Source of the DNA: Eledone cirrhosa
Taxonomy: Eukaryota
Length of the DNA stretch: 64,000 nucleotides
Assembly: GCA_964016885.1 (NCBI GenBank)
Contig: OZ024743.1
Location: 286,068,001 to 286,132,000 of the forward strand
Reading direction: 5' to 3'
Notes under the pieces: model-generated
The model's input: only the letters and a program-made list of their open reading frames with translations
Told to the model about the DNA's origin: nothing
Databases searched by the model: none
Program-made: the position numbers and the translations under genes
Shown: positions 23,695 through 37,358 of the stretch, one piece after another
How positions within the stretch are numbered: position 1 is the first letter of the stretch
Layout: each line of letters begins with the position of its first letter

Positions 23695-24295
23695 CCTTGC
23701 ATGCTCCAATGAATGTGTAATAGTAATATATGTCAATGGCAAAGTATAAATGAACTGAGAGAGAAACTAGGTATAAGAGGAATCAGATGCAGTGTGCAGG
23801 AGAGAAGATTGTGTTGGTATGGACATGTGATGCTTATGAAGGATGACAGCTGTATAAAAAGGTGCAGAGCGCTGAAAGTCGATAGAAGCCATGGAGTGAG
23901 GAGACCCAGGAAGACTTGAGATGAGGTGATAAAACTGACCTTGCTCAATTGCACCTCTCAAAGGCGATGACACATGACCGAGATCTCTGGCGTTATGCAG
24001 TAATACAGAAGACCTGCCTTCCCATGAGCACAGGCTGAAGCATATATATATAGTATACACCACCTTCACCACCCTACTCTTCCATACACCTCCCATGAGT
24101 ACAGACTGAAGCATACATCTTGTGTGCTCCCCCCCCCACACACACAGGCCCAAATATACACCTCTCCCACCAATGTCCCAAGTTCACACTGTAAAGTGGT
24201 CCTGATGGCGACACAACAAAAAACGTGCAGCCCACATTGTACAGTGGTCATAATGGCGACACGACAAAAAACGCCCGGCCCACACTGTAAATTAA
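23695..24295 (+). mobile_element. RTE-clade LINE 3' fragment
   Basis: ORF 23713-23919 INELREKLGIRGIRCSVQERRLCWYGHV...RRPRKT, plus 3' UTR homologous to 12100-12300. Confidence 0.7.
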
Positions 24296-25362
24296 CTTCT
24301 ATAAATATCCGAGTCAGTAGAGTACTGAACGATTTCCTAGGAGATTAGCAGCATGTATCCTATCTATATAAGTAGCGATAATACTGTCAAATCAACTTTT
24401 GAAAGTGCATAAATCGTATAAGGGAAAGAAAAAAAAATCACTATACCAGTCAAAATCACTATAACAGTCAAAGAGAAATAAATCTTGATATATGCAAATC
24501 CCGTGCGAGTTCTTTCCCTTTGATCGTTACTTGAACCTGTTTGAAAATTGCGATACAGTTGAAAAATACCTTGAACAAACAAAATAAATAAAACTAAATC
24601 AAGAAACACCAAGACATTCGCAATTCTACAGTAACACTCCACTAAAAAAGAAAAAACAAAACAAAACAAAAAAAAACTAGAAAGAGCAAAATGAAAACGT
24701 ACAAAAGCTATAAACATTCGGTATTGTCTCTGTAAACGATAATTATGAATTACACGCGTGCGTGTATGTACAGCTATGTGTTTGCGAACACGTACAGCTG
24801 TAGCAATCTGGGTATCACATGTGGATGAAACCCGTAGAAGTGAAAGACTCAGGTAGACACAGGACGAGGTGGTGAAAACTGGTGTTAGGATGTTGAGCCT
24901 CATCAAGTAGAAGAAAGTCTGCAATAATGGTGGTACTTGCATCCGATGAGTCCCTATAAAGTCTCTATCTGCTGCCCACCCTTCTTTGATACCCTCTTAT
25001 TTCTCTGACTTACCCTCTCTCATATTTACTGTACAATACCTGCACAACCTGGGATAGCATTACATCTGTCCAACTTTCATTTCTCTGATGCTCACCCACT
25101 CTTCTATTCACTGCAATATATTGCCTACATAACAAGGGATGTCATTTGATACATATATCCAATCCATCCCCTTGCCACCAACCTTATCACTATGCAATCT
25201 GTCAGATGACTCTTTATTGACATCCACTACTATCTCTTTCAATCGGCCATCTCTATCTCTTACTCTCTCACTAACAAACACATAGTTGTCATTGGTGCCT
25301 CTCTTCCATTACTTTCCCTCCACATTACTTCTATCACACACTCATTCCATTCTTCCATTCGG

Positions 25363-25548
25363 TGGATTGGCAGTATCGGTAGAGGGTCTGACGCCATGCT
25401 TTGCAGCAAAGAGTTACGGCCCCTTACGGTCTGAGTTCAAATCCCGCCGAGGTTAACTTTGCCTTTCATCCTTACGGGGTCGATAAAATAAAGTTCCAGT
25501 AATGTATTGGGTAATTGCTGGCCTTGTGCCAAATGTAGAAACAATTAT
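25363..25548 (+). mobile_element. tRNA-derived SINE (Meta-domain-like)
   Basis: Close match to 11646-11830. Confidence 0.8.
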
Positions 25549-26010
25549 TTCCTGCGAATTACTGCATGTCTCCTTTTACCCACTTTGACACTGTCTCTCT
25601 CCTATGATCCTCATTTCACCCCAATCACTTTGCCTTCAAACCCTTTCACTCACTCACCTTAGTTCTTTCTCTGCCATTTCTCTCTCTCTCTCTCTCTCAC
25701 TCTCTCTCTCTCTCTCTCACCCTCTCTCTCTCTCTCTTCTATTCATCCTCTTTGTCATATTGTTTGAATGAAAGAAAAAAGACAATGGTGTATTGTGACT
25801 ATTGTTTAACATTGCAAAATTCAATACAAACTTAGTGTTGTAGCCAGCAAAGGTGTAACTTGGGTATGGCTAGCTTAGCATGTGCCATGGGTGCCACATG
25901 AACTAGGAGCACTTTCTATTGAAATCAGATATGATATCTTTGCAGAGTGAGACAGATCATAGGTGAGAAGCACTATGGTGTCTGGATCTTTAAAACATTT
26001 ATATAAATTA

Positions 26011-27534
26011 CTAGACCACCTGTGACCCGTTGGGTCACGTTCACTTTAAAATATTTTTTAAAGATCATGTTCACTTAAAAATAATTTTGTAAAATAATTA
26101 AAATATACTCAGACATGTGAAATGAAACTGGAAGGCCCATATATATATATACGTATGTATATATAAATGTGTGTGTTTGTATACATATATATATATACAT
26201 ATACATATACATATACACACACATTCACATATATATACACAACACCACCAGCTATCTCTCTCTTCCATTCTCCTTCTCTGTCTCTTCTCCCTCTCTCTAT
26301 GTCTCTCTTTCAATCTACTCTCTCACAACCATTATCTCTTTCTCTCTCTCTGATTATGAAGTTACCCGGAAAAACCCCATATCTCGGGAACCCGTGCTTC
26401 GATTTATGCGAAACTTGTTTTATTCTATTTGTATTCCCATTTCAAGGCCAACTTCCTTTCAAAGTATGCGCCATTTTGGCTGTATTAGATTACAGACAAG
26501 GAAGCAAGCAATCACAGACTTTTAGTATTATATAGATAGACTAGACCACCCGTGACCCGTTGGGTCATGTACACTTAAAAAATAATTTTTGAATAATCAA
26601 CATATACACAGATATGTATATAATGTAAAATGAAATTGGAAGGCCCATATATATATATATGTGTGTGTATGTGTGTGCACATGTGTGTGTATGTGGGTGT
26701 CTATGACCTATATACACCAGTCACAGACAGACACACACATATATATATGTATATATATATATTATATATATATTTACACACACACACACACATATGTATA
26801 TATATTCACACACATGCACATATACACACATACTTAGAAACCCTTTCTATTTAGCAGGGTATAGCAATGCTGTATTCGTTTCTTTAAAGTCACTGGTTGT
26901 AATTTCATTCAACAATAATATAATGAAAATATTGTGTACAGTGCTCAGGTGCACTACAACTCATCAAAAGTGTATGTATAGTACATAGGGTAATGTACAA
27001 ACGTCAGGAAAATGAACAGTGCATGAGTCATGATATACACATGTGTGCATGTGTATGGAAGAGGGACATCAGGTGTAGTTTTGGCGAATTTCGGGAAGCA
27101 TGAGGGTTTTAAAGGATGCAGTGTCTCAGCAGCTAACAACTGACACAGACAGTTTGTTCCATACTTCAGAAACTCTAAGTGTGAAAAAATGTTTCCGAAA
27201 GTCATGGGAGCTGTGCTGTTTTCTGACAACACCACTAGCTCTCTCTTTCTCTTCCATTTACCTTCTCAGTCTCCTTCTCTCTGTTTCTCTCTCAATCTAC
27301 TCTCTCACAACCCCTATCTCTTTCTCTCTATATATTTATGAAGGTACCCAGAAAACCCCATATCTCGGGAACCCGTGCACTGATGTACGCAAAACTTGTT
27401 TTATTCGATTTGTATTCCCATTTCAAGGGCAACTTCCTTTCAAAGTATTTTCCCATTATGCGCCCTTTTGGCTGTATTACATTACAGAGAAGCAAGCAAG
27501 CAATCACAGAGTTTTAGTAATATATATATATAGA
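26011..27534 (-). mobile_element. Head-to-tail tandem pair of non-autonomous Helitrons (family A); second copy carries a LINE 3' end at ~26915-27226
   Basis: CTAGaccacc..GTGACCC-gtt-GGGTCA at 26011 and 26541. 5' termini ...ttttagta.tatataga at ~26536 and 27534. Confidence 0.8.
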
Positions 27535-27879
27535 TGGATTTGGTCCATAGTTAAAAATAATGCTGTGCAGAGGTGCAATTTCACTGCTTGCCATAGGTGC
27601 TATTTTACCTAGTTACTTCTCTGGTACTCTGTACATTCTGTAAAGTGTGGTTAGTATTAGGCAGGGCCTCCAGCCATAAAAACACTGCCCAAAATGGAAC
27701 TTACGAACAGGACATAATCCTCAGACCTGTCTAGGATGGTGGTAACTGTGAATAAGGACTGACTCAGACTGTGACAATGTGTCCAACCTATATATGTATG
27801 TATGTTCTTCTGGTTTTATAATCTTATAAATTTTTACCAACAGAGAGAGAGTCAGTTTCTAACATAAACACAAGACTCT

Positions 27880-28890
27880 TTCATTGGAATTTAGATAACA
27901 TCAACTAGGCAGATGTCTGCATGCGTGTGTGTGTGTGCAGGTATGGATGTGGATATTTTGAGTTTTATGTGTGCATGTGTATATGCTTTGTATCTGTACA
28001 TGCAGAATTTTTGGAATGTTTTACATATTTTTACTGTTCCATTAATGGATTGTACTTGTAAATTCCTAACTAGCCGTGTTCTTTCTGGTTCTGTGAAGCC
28101 CAGCTTCTCAAAATTTGTACTGAGGCAGTTACTAACATATCCCAGTGCCCCAATAATCACAGGTATGAATCTGAAGATAAAGTCAGGGTGGAGTATCTGC
28201 AGATTTCTCATTAGTTCTGCATAGATATTCTCCTTTTCGCTGATCTTTAATATTGTATTGGCATCTGACTTCCACTACTGTGTATGTCTTCTTTCCTCTG
28301 TCTCATATCATTATATCTGGTTTGTTATGCTTGCATTTTCTTGGGGATTTGTCTGGAACATTTCACCAGTACTTTTTCATATTATGTATGTAGATGTCTT
28401 CCACATTGCTGTAACTTTTAATGTTTATTGTCAGGGCTATCTTCTCTATGGATTGCATTGTACAGTGCTTTGGCCACTATATCATGCCTTATAGGCAGAT
28501 AGTACCGTGATGACATTGTTGGACAGCTGCTTATGACAACTTCAATGTTAATTCTGCATTTTGTATTGATTTCCTGTTCTTGGACTGCAAAAGAGTATCC
28601 TTCAAACTGAGAGCTAATATAGTGGTTGCTGGTCCAAGATAGACTACTTTGCTTATCTACATTACTCTCTCTTTCTCTGGAGCCTCCTGACAACATATCC
28701 ATGCATGATTTTTTGCTGATAAGCATGCAGCTTTCTATCCATGGATTTACTAAGGTATTGCTGGGCAATTTCCCTGGGTGTGAGTTTTTGATTATCATAC
28801 AGTGAGTATCTTTCAAGGAGTTCCTTCCCAACCCTCAAGATCTTATCTGTCTCACGTAGACAGACTTGCTCAATAGATGGGCTATACACT
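27880..28890 (-). mobile_element. R4/Dong-like non-LTR retrotransposon 3' fragment, degenerate
   Basis: KLHAYQQKIMHG, EGYSFAVQEQEINTK, SSCP..YLPIRHDIVAKALY, FIPVIIGALGYV..VQSINGTVKICKTF across frameshifted ORFs. Confidence 0.75.
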
Positions 28891-29610
28891 CAAAGGCTGT
28901 CTGACCTACTTTGTTGACATCAACACAAGAGTTCAAATTACTGCTCTCTCTCTCTCTATATATATATATAGAGAGAGAGAAAGTTGATTCCAGTACAATA
29001 GATGTATGAACCAACTAAGGTGATTCTACACAATATGTGGACCTCATTCAAATAGTAGCCAAATCTTCCTCATATCACACCCTATTGGCTTGTGTTTGCA
29101 TGAACCAATGAAGAATCCTCTATGTCACGGGTTTCAAACTCAAGGACTCAAAAGGCTATTACATCCTGGGGAAGAGGCAGAGCAGGCCAAATGTAAGATG
29201 AGGTAGGGGGGGGGGGGGAGGGCATGATTTCCACCAGATATAATGCTAATCTACAATACAACTGATAGGCTGCTATTTGTTCATGTTTCCCCAAGTGTGA
29301 TATGGGAATTAGTACAAAATATAGGAGGATAAATCTGCTGCAGGCCATAGAAAAGTAATTTTTGAGCCACGTCTTTGAAACACCTGCTCTACTTGGTACT
29401 CGAAATGTTAGATATAACTGTCAAATCTCCCACTTCTGTTACATTGAGACAATGCCCAGGCATCTCTGTTAGTACAATATATAATGGTGATGCCCCAGAT
29501 GGCTTCAACCTGTCAGCTGAAACAGGTAAAGAGTATGTATATGTATATATATATATATATATAAAATTATAGGAGAATAACCAACCAAATTTTTGAAAAA
29601 ATATTTATTT

Positions 29611-29734
29611 GTTTACAATTGTTTCAGAGGACAAAATTACAATTCGATCCATAAGATTGAGACCTATCAATATATGAATCAATAGGTTTAAGTGATATTA
29701 AAATCGAACTATGGTTGGACCTCATCTTCAGAAC
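29611..29734 (-). ncRNA. Type I hammerhead ribozyme motif with long stem II
   Basis: - strand: gtt-CTGAAGA-t-GAGG..(~100 nt, self-complementary)..CCTC-t-GAAAC-aatt-GTA-aac. Stem III is the palindrome ACAATTGT. Confidence 0.6.
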
Positions 29735-30325
29735 GTAAAAACAAATTTCAAAAATGCATGTCATTTATGGAGGAAACACTTGTTTTGCATCTTTTACGCA
29801 TTGAGGACACTGTCCTCTTCACTACTGATTTATAATTCTCACAAACTAATCTCTAATCTATCCTTCTTGATTGGATTGTACACTTACATTTGATCATCGT
29901 CATCATCATCATCATCGTTTAACGTCCATCTTCCACGCTAGCATGGGTTTGGATGTATATATATATTATAAAGAGTCGGGACCCTTGTCGTTTCAACAGT
30001 TAGTTTCAGAACTAGCTGTTGAACTGGCAAGAACTCAGCCGTCGGAGTCCCAACTCTTTATAATATAACCACACTCAACTACTCCAAGTATCGAGTACTC
30101 TGTTGAGTAATGGTCTATAATGGTTTAACCAGTTTCAAACTGAATCCATCCTGATAAATATATGTATATATATATATATATATGCAGAGGTTATATTTAA
30201 TTTGTTGGGATTCAACAAGCTTAAAAATGTTTATAACTGATATAAAGCACTCAACAGTTAGCTCCAACCGTTAAGGTTGTCTTTTTTCCGGGTATGTCAA
30301 TATTTATTTATAAAACAAATCTGTA

Positions 30326-30387
30326 TTTTATCTGATGAAAGCACACCATAATTTGCCTTGGTTGCCCTTGAAATATATATAATAAAA
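30326..30387 (+). ncRNA. Type I hammerhead ribozyme motif
   Basis: ttttat-CTGATGA-aag..acca...tggt..ctt-GAAA-tatatata-ataaaa. 6-bp stem I and (AT)n palindromic stem III. Same family as 58683. Confidence 0.65.
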
Positions 30388-30444
30388 TAATTATGGTTTT
30401 ATAAATATAGTTTCCATTTATTAATATATTGCATATATATATAT

Positions 30445-30755
30445 AAGGTGCATGGCTTGGTGGTTAGAGCATTGGGTTTGCAACTGAGAGATTGTGACTA
30501 GGTGATGCGTTGTGTCCTCAAGCAAGACACTTTATTTCACATTGCTCCAGCTTACTCAGCTGTAGAAGTGAGTTGCGACGTCACTGGTGCCAAGCTGTAT
30601 CGGCCATTGCCTTTCCCTTGGACAACATTAGTGGTGTGGAGAGGGGAGACTTGTATGCATGGGCGACAGCTGGTCTTTCACAAACCTTGCCCAGGCTTGT
30701 GTCTAGGAGGGAACTTTCTAGGTGCAAAACCATGGTCATTAGTGATCAATGGAGG
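30445..30755 (+). mobile_element. tRNA-derived CORE-like SINE
   Basis: tggcttggtggttagagc A box, core gtgtcctcaagcaagacactttatttcacattgctccag..actcagctg. Related copies at ~31335-31480, ~36980-37090, ~48180-48420 (-) and ~48665-48780. Confidence 0.7.
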
Positions 30756-30771
30756 TGGGTGAGGTGGGGAC

Positions 30772-30826
<55 letters not shown>

Positions 30827-31979
30827 AAATATTCCTTAATATTCCTTGACTTTATCAACTGGAAAATGTACGCAATCAAATATAAACCAATACGAAATTA
30901 TTTTTCTTATTATTCCTTAATATGCGTATGCATCTCTTACCCACCGAAGTTGTTAAAATACCACGAGGATGTATAAAGATAGCACTTGTTTCTGTAACAT
31001 TGGTCGTTCTTATTCTTTTCCCCAGAGTACATTCTGAAGACACACCTTCGGTGGAAGAGGTCGTTTCTTTGCTTTAGCAATAACACTGATTACCTGTAAA
31101 CCACTTTTTCAGTTTTCATTAGAATTGTTGTTTAGATCCTTTTGAACAGACTTATGACCATCCTGTCAATTTGTATATCTAACTTTGGGAACATGACTGC
31201 TATTTCTAGCAGGCTTACACGGTGGCCCGATGTTCTGTTGATGTTATTGTTTAGTCCTAAATCAATTCTTATAAAGCATTCAGCCATAACAATTCCGTCT
31301 TTTTAGGGGTATAAGACGAGATTATGAAATGTATTGGAGGCACATGGCTTAGTGGTTAGAGCATAGGCCTTGCAATCGAAAGGTTGTGAGTTCAATTCTC
31401 AGACCGGGTGATGTGTTGTTTCCTTGAGCAAGATATTTTATTTCACATTGCTCCAGTTTACTCAGCTGTAGAAATGAGATGATAGGGACTGAGGTCCATA
31501 TCATTCCACTGCAAAGTGGTCGTGGAGGTGCCACGGCAAAAAAGCACCCAGCACTCACTGTAAATGAGGTTGGTGTTAGGAAGGGCATCCAGCTGTAGAA
31601 ATCAAGCCAGAATCAGTTCCCATCCCACCCTTGCAAGTAGGGAAAAAGCGGACGTAAAATGAAATGATGATGATGATGATGATTCTCTTATATAAAGAAG
31701 TGATTTCTCTTATATAAAGAAGTGATTTGGAGGCTCCCATGTAAAATGAGAAAACATGACAAATATGTTTAAGGACAACTAATTTTGGTAACATCACATT
31801 ACTAATAGAGGGGTTTGTCTGAAACGTTAAATATTTCTTCTTTTTTGCTCTGTTTGTTGTATTTTCTCCTTGTTGCAGGCAGACCACTAAGCCCTCCTAA
31901 TTCTGACTGAAATGGAACAAATTTCAATGAGCAACTACGTTCGTTTAGCACCGCGTTTGTAGCAGTCCACTTCCGCGAG

Positions 31980-32034
31980 ATGGCTGTTGACACAAGAGAA
32001 TTTTATGTCAAAATATCGTCTCCTACTGTTGATA
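31980..32034 (+). CDS. PDE9-N-terminus-like small protein, exon 1
   Basis: ATG in a CpG-containing patch, MAVDTREFYVKISSPTVD, phase-1 donor A|gtgagt. Confidence 0.75.
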
Positions 32035-32229
32035 GTGAGTCTTTTTCAATTATAATTTAAATTCCAAGCATATTTAAACCATTTATTATTTCAGTAAAAC
32101 TTAACTAAATTTGAAATTCTTAAAATTATTTAACTATCTCTCTATATTTTTATACACACAATTGCCTTCAACTACCCTTTAAATTTCTTTTTCTATTTTG
32201 ATTTTGTAAGTTTTTATTTGATGGATCTT

Positions 32230-33085
32230 TGAGAAATTGTGGGAATAATGCCAAGAGGTGTATGATTGCTTTGTAGACATCGAAAAGGCATACGATCGCA
32301 TTTTACGAACCTACCACAGTATGAATTTTTGGTCTTGCTGTGCTGCGTCCTAGGTGAAAACCACATCGTTCATCAGCTAGCTTGAACTCGACATTCTCCC
32401 TACATCTCTTTGCCAGGAGACCCCACTATAATTGGAGAAATCTTTCTTGCCTCCATTTTTGAAAATTGGTACTATAACTCCCGATTACCGTTGCTTAGGT
32501 GTCTAATCTTCATACATAGGATTGACATAAACAGTCGGGTTGTAAGTAGTATTTTGATTGGTGGGTGTAGGATCAGTTAGTTGGAATTTACTGACGACAC
32601 GATGTTATTTAACTCTTCAGAAAGTGATCTCTGACATGCATATGATAGGTTTGCTGCTGAGTGCTGCACGACAGGAATGAAAATCAGTGCTGCAAAGAAT
32701 GAGACGCTCGAAAGCAGCTAAAATGGGGTTCCTTCAAAGAGTTTTTGGAGTAACATTTTACTCGATAGTGTGTATAGCTGAGAGATTTGAGTCACTCCGG
32801 GTAGAGATGCTACTTCTCCGAATTTTAAAGATCACAGCTCCAATATTACGGGCATGTGGTTAGAATGTCTCAGGAAAAAATTAAGGGACAGATTTTTCAG
32901 TCAAAACCAACTGGCAGGAGACTCAGGGGTAAACCCTGAGCAAGATGGTTGGATAACATCAATGAGCTCGGCTGGTCCTGCTTGGGGATCCAGTCAGACC
33001 AATTGGAGATTATTGCTTCTGACATGATCTGCTGGAAGGTGTTTAAGGACCCACAACCTACCCAGGAATAAGTGGGCAAAGAAGA
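32230..33085 (+). mobile_element. Degenerate RTE-like LINE fragment(s) in intron 1
   Basis: FVDIEKAYDR, EFTDDT..L, GMKISAAK, LQYYGHVVRM, GRRLRGKP..RWLDNI remnants with stops. Confidence 0.55.
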
Positions 33086-34112
33086 GAAGTGTTTACCTGT
33101 TAATAGCAGAGAAGAAAAATATTAACTAATTGAGTACATATAATTTTGAAAATATTTAATATTTTGGAATGAAGACATTGTTTATAAAGTTATATATAGC
33201 AGATGTTAATCTTTGGTACTTACAAAATGGATTGGTAAAAATGTTCATGCTATCCAATGGCTTTTCAAAAACTACTTATTAATAAGCAAAAATAATAGCA
33301 TCAGCTGTTGTAGTTGTCATTGTGCCCAACCGATACCCATTGGCATCAAATTTGGTGTTACAGTGAAAAGATAATTTCTTTTGATGAGTCAGACAGCCAA
33401 TGTTTTGTTAAGGAGAGAATATATTCAATTGAGTCCACCTCAATGTGTCACTACATATGCCTAGAGCCACTATCACTAAAACAAACAAGAAATGTCCTGT
33501 GAGATAGATACAATCTCATCGGAAACTGGCTTAATTTACACAGATGTGAGCCACAACTACATGTTACTAATTGTTATGTATGTATATTAGCAACTCAAGA
33601 GCAAAGCAATATTTTAAATCTGAACACTGAGGTACAAAGTAAACTATAGTAAAGCATTCTGTCTGGTACCTTCAATTGTATTATCACCACTAGTTTACAT
33701 ATTAAAGAAGATACTACTCAACATACAGAGGACAAGCATACCAATCTATTGACCCACTATAATTTTGGAAATATTTAATATACTGGAATAAAGATATTGT
33801 TTATAGCGTAATATATAAAAGAAGTTAATCTTGGGTACTTGCTTGGTATCTTTTACAATATGGATTGGTAAAAATTCTCACGCTATATAGTTTTTATCAT
33901 TTATTGAAAGTCAGATATTTTTTACAGAATTTTCAATTACAACGCCTTTATCTTGTTGCATATTGTAAAAATGACTTTCCTTCTTTCACTGCAGAAGGAT
34001 CATTAACCTCTGTCTTCTGGTACTTTCACTTTCAAAAAAGTAAGAGATAAGGAATTTAAAAAAAAATTATTCAGATACTTTCTCTTAATAGTTTTATGCT
34101 ATTCTCTTTCAG

Positions 34113-34228
34113 TCAGCCATTCCAAGACAGTCCAGTGTATCACTGTTGACTCCAACTGTTCTTTTCGTAATGTTCAGCGTAAGGTTTTGGAGGCAATTGA
34201 CATTGATAGTAAGTCCCATGTCATCAAG
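34113..34228 (+). CDS. PDE9-N-terminus-like small protein, exon 2
   Basis: ttctctttcag| ... AAG|gtaagg. Encodes ISHSKTVQCITVDSNCSFRNVQRKVLEAIDIDSKSHVIK. Confidence 0.8.
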
Positions 34229-37200
34229 GTAAGGAAATCATCTGCATTCATTCCTCCACTAAATTTCATTACTAGACATATTGGACAACACCATCATAAG
34301 TACTTCAGCATGTATATAGACTGGATATGGTATGAGAAATGAGGAGGGATCAAGGTTCTTGGATTTCTCTGATGCAAATGACCTAACCATTTGTAACTCT
34401 AACAGCAGAAAACTAGATTGCTACCTTATCCCTCAAGAAAACACACAAGCCAAATAGACTCATATAGGTATTTTGGAGAGGGAAGGTATGGAAACTGCAA
34501 GATCCCTCGGCCAGATATAGGTTAAAAAAAGTAAGAGGAATTGACGAAAAGAAGAAGATAGAGATAAATAACATAGGGGATGGAGATTAGTGAGTTGCGT
34601 ACTGAAAGGGGCAGGGTGTTGCAATGTTACAAGAGCAGAAGGGATCAAATGACATTTTCTCTCTATTGGTAATTTTGAAGGGACAAGTTGTGTTTTCAAG
34701 GGTTGCATGTGAAACTTTAATTTCTGTCTAGAGTTTAGATGAGTATGATTCTTGGGTTACACAAGTAGATAGAGAGACAGCCAACAAGGACCACCCAAGG
34801 TAAGTGATTTTGTGTTTTCTACCACAGAAGACTACTGGGAGTTTTTTCGAGGCAATTCGTGAGCAATAGACTAGATTTGTGGATGGTTTATGATTCCAAC
34901 CACACGGGTGCTGATGAAATGGTACAATTAGAGCCATAGAAGTTAAAAGACATGTTCCAAAGCATTGGAATAAAGCAGAGTGCAAGAAACAATATCAGAT
35001 AACTAGACATCAAATATACGTAACATGGAGAGAAGCTGAAAATATCAAGCTTGCCATGTTCTGCAGTGAGAAGATCAAAGGCATGGAGTGTTCCATATTG
35101 CAAAGAAGTGCTTTAGTGGGAATCAAGATATCATTATGGCAAAGTGTGTGAAGAATGAAAGTGGTGTACATATTTTGGGGAAGAGTTTATCCTAAGTAGG
35201 CCCAACAGCTATATGGGTAAATGCACAATTAGTCCTTATGTTACCAAACCGTCTCAGGTTCTATGATACAAAGTTATTTGTTTTAAAGTGTTTATATTTC
35301 TCTAAAAATATTCCATCATTATTTTATGTAAGAAACTTTGTTATGTTCCCCAAAAATAGCTTAATAATGAGAAAGTTAGTTATATTACTAAATCTTTCCA
35401 AATTCTTGATTATTTTCAAAATGATTGAAAAATCATAGACAGTGTCTTTCATTGGAAATATAGTAACAAAAGGGTTAAGGATTTAAAAATTGAGCAAACT
35501 GGACCGTTATGTATAGTTGTTGAGGATATGCTAGTCACTTGTATAATCAGCCAGGTAGTTCAGGAAGTTGCTATACTTAATGATTAGCATAGCATCATCA
35601 TCATCACCTGCAAAAGGGCAAAAGAGATGCTCTAGGAAGAAGCAACTATAGAAACATTAAACTGATGAACCATGCTATGAAAGTAACATAGTTATCATTA
35701 CAAGTAGCTTAGATGAGATGTAGTTTGGGTTTGTGTCAGACATGGTATGATTGATTCTCTCTTAGTGTGACAGCTACAACTAAGAGGAAGCCACTATACC
35801 TAGCATTCATTGATCTGGAGAAGGGTTTTGATAGGTTACTGTTTATTGCTAAGAAATTTAGGTGTAGAAGAATGGCTTGTGAGAGACATGTACAGAGCTG
35901 CCTGCAAACTGAGAGTAGGTAGGTATTTATTTAGTTCTCATAACTGAATATGTTGAAGACTTAGAGAAGGAATGCCAAACTTAGAATGAAGACATCTCAT
36001 AGTAAATCTAATGAAGACGAATGCTTAGGATTCTACTTCCATCCTGGATGAAGTCATGCTCAATATGCAGAAAAGGAGTGGGTAGGTACTCTGTATGATA
36101 CACTCAATGAAAACTATGGATGCACAAGAGGTGTAGTATGATCACAGGCAAGCTGACAGAGGAGAACTTTATAGCAGATGTAGATGAGTAATTAATGAAG
36201 GCTACCTAGAAGTTTGGAAAGTAATTAGATGAGCATGCTCTATTGAATGTATAATATTAATGTGTACATATAAATTTAGAGAAAAGCTATGTATAAGAGG
36301 ATATCAACTGTGGAGAGATGGCTGCACTGGCACAAACATATGATGCATATGGAGGATAGGTAAAGAAGTGCCAAGTAATTAAAGTGGAAGTAACCTGCAG
36401 AAAGAGAAGACTTTGGAAGAAATGGTGGAGGCTGATCTCAAATGGTGAGAGGCTATGCTGAAGAAGGCGCATCCAACCCATTAAGCATGGAAAAATGGAT
36501 GTAAAATGCTGCTGCTGATGATTATGTACATTACTTTAGTTGCTTCATTTGAAGCTTGGAAATTAATTGAATCCAACTAAAAAGTCAGGACCATTGTGCA
36601 TTAGTAATTTTCAAAAATTTTCAAAAAACCCAGCAATATCTTATTCTAATAATTCCCCATTCAACTAAATATGAATGGTGTGTATTAGTAAGTTTCTTTT
36701 CAGTAACATTATTTTAATATCCACTTTGCCATGTCAACATGCCATGCATTGCTCTGCAGTATAGCATATTGCAATTTTTATGTGCCTGGGAGGTTAAAAA
36801 TATATTCAAATTGACATGAAAAAAAAAAAGAAATACTAATTGGTGATTAGTGATGTTTAATAACTTAGTTTAAAATTTTATTTTATTGCCTTTCTTTGTC
36901 ACTGCCATTTGTCAAAACATCTTAACTCACCACCTCTTCATATGTCTTCTTTATTCTTCCTCTGTCACAGCACTTTTCATTTGGCCTAGTGGTTTGAGTA
37001 TTATGTTCAAGATAATAAGGTTGTAAGTTTAATTCCTGGATTGGGCATTAGGTTGTATTCTTGAGCAAGATACTTCATTTAATGTTGCTTTTATGACTGA
37101 AACACCCAAGAAACCTCTTTTGAGATGCAACCTTATAGTAGGCCAGTTAAACTTACATAGGTGTGAGCTGTTACATTTTTTTAATTGCTTGTATAAACTA

Positions 37201-37293
37201 TTGAATATCAACAATATCAGGTACTAGTAATGTTCTACCATTATCAATGTATATTTTAATTGAAACCATATTATTGTTGTTTTCTTTTTTCAG

Positions 37294-37358
37294 GTGCGAA
37301 ACAGTAGTGGGTCGGTGTTTACTCTAACTGGAAAAGTGCCTTCAAATACTTCTGATCA
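37294..37358 (+). CDS. PDE9-N-terminus-like small protein, exon 3
   Basis: tttttttcag| VRNSSGSVFTLTGKVPSNTSD, CA|gtatgt. Phase-compatible with neighbours. Confidence 0.8.

Noticed and set aside
24364-24942. 192-aa hydrophobic ORF on the - strand
   Set aside because: Product of A-rich low-complexity + strand sequence, with no recognisable domain or splice context.
31030-31070. CTGAAGA-cacaccttcggtg-GAAG hammerhead-like motif
   Set aside because: Core GAAA is mutated and stems I and III are not supported.
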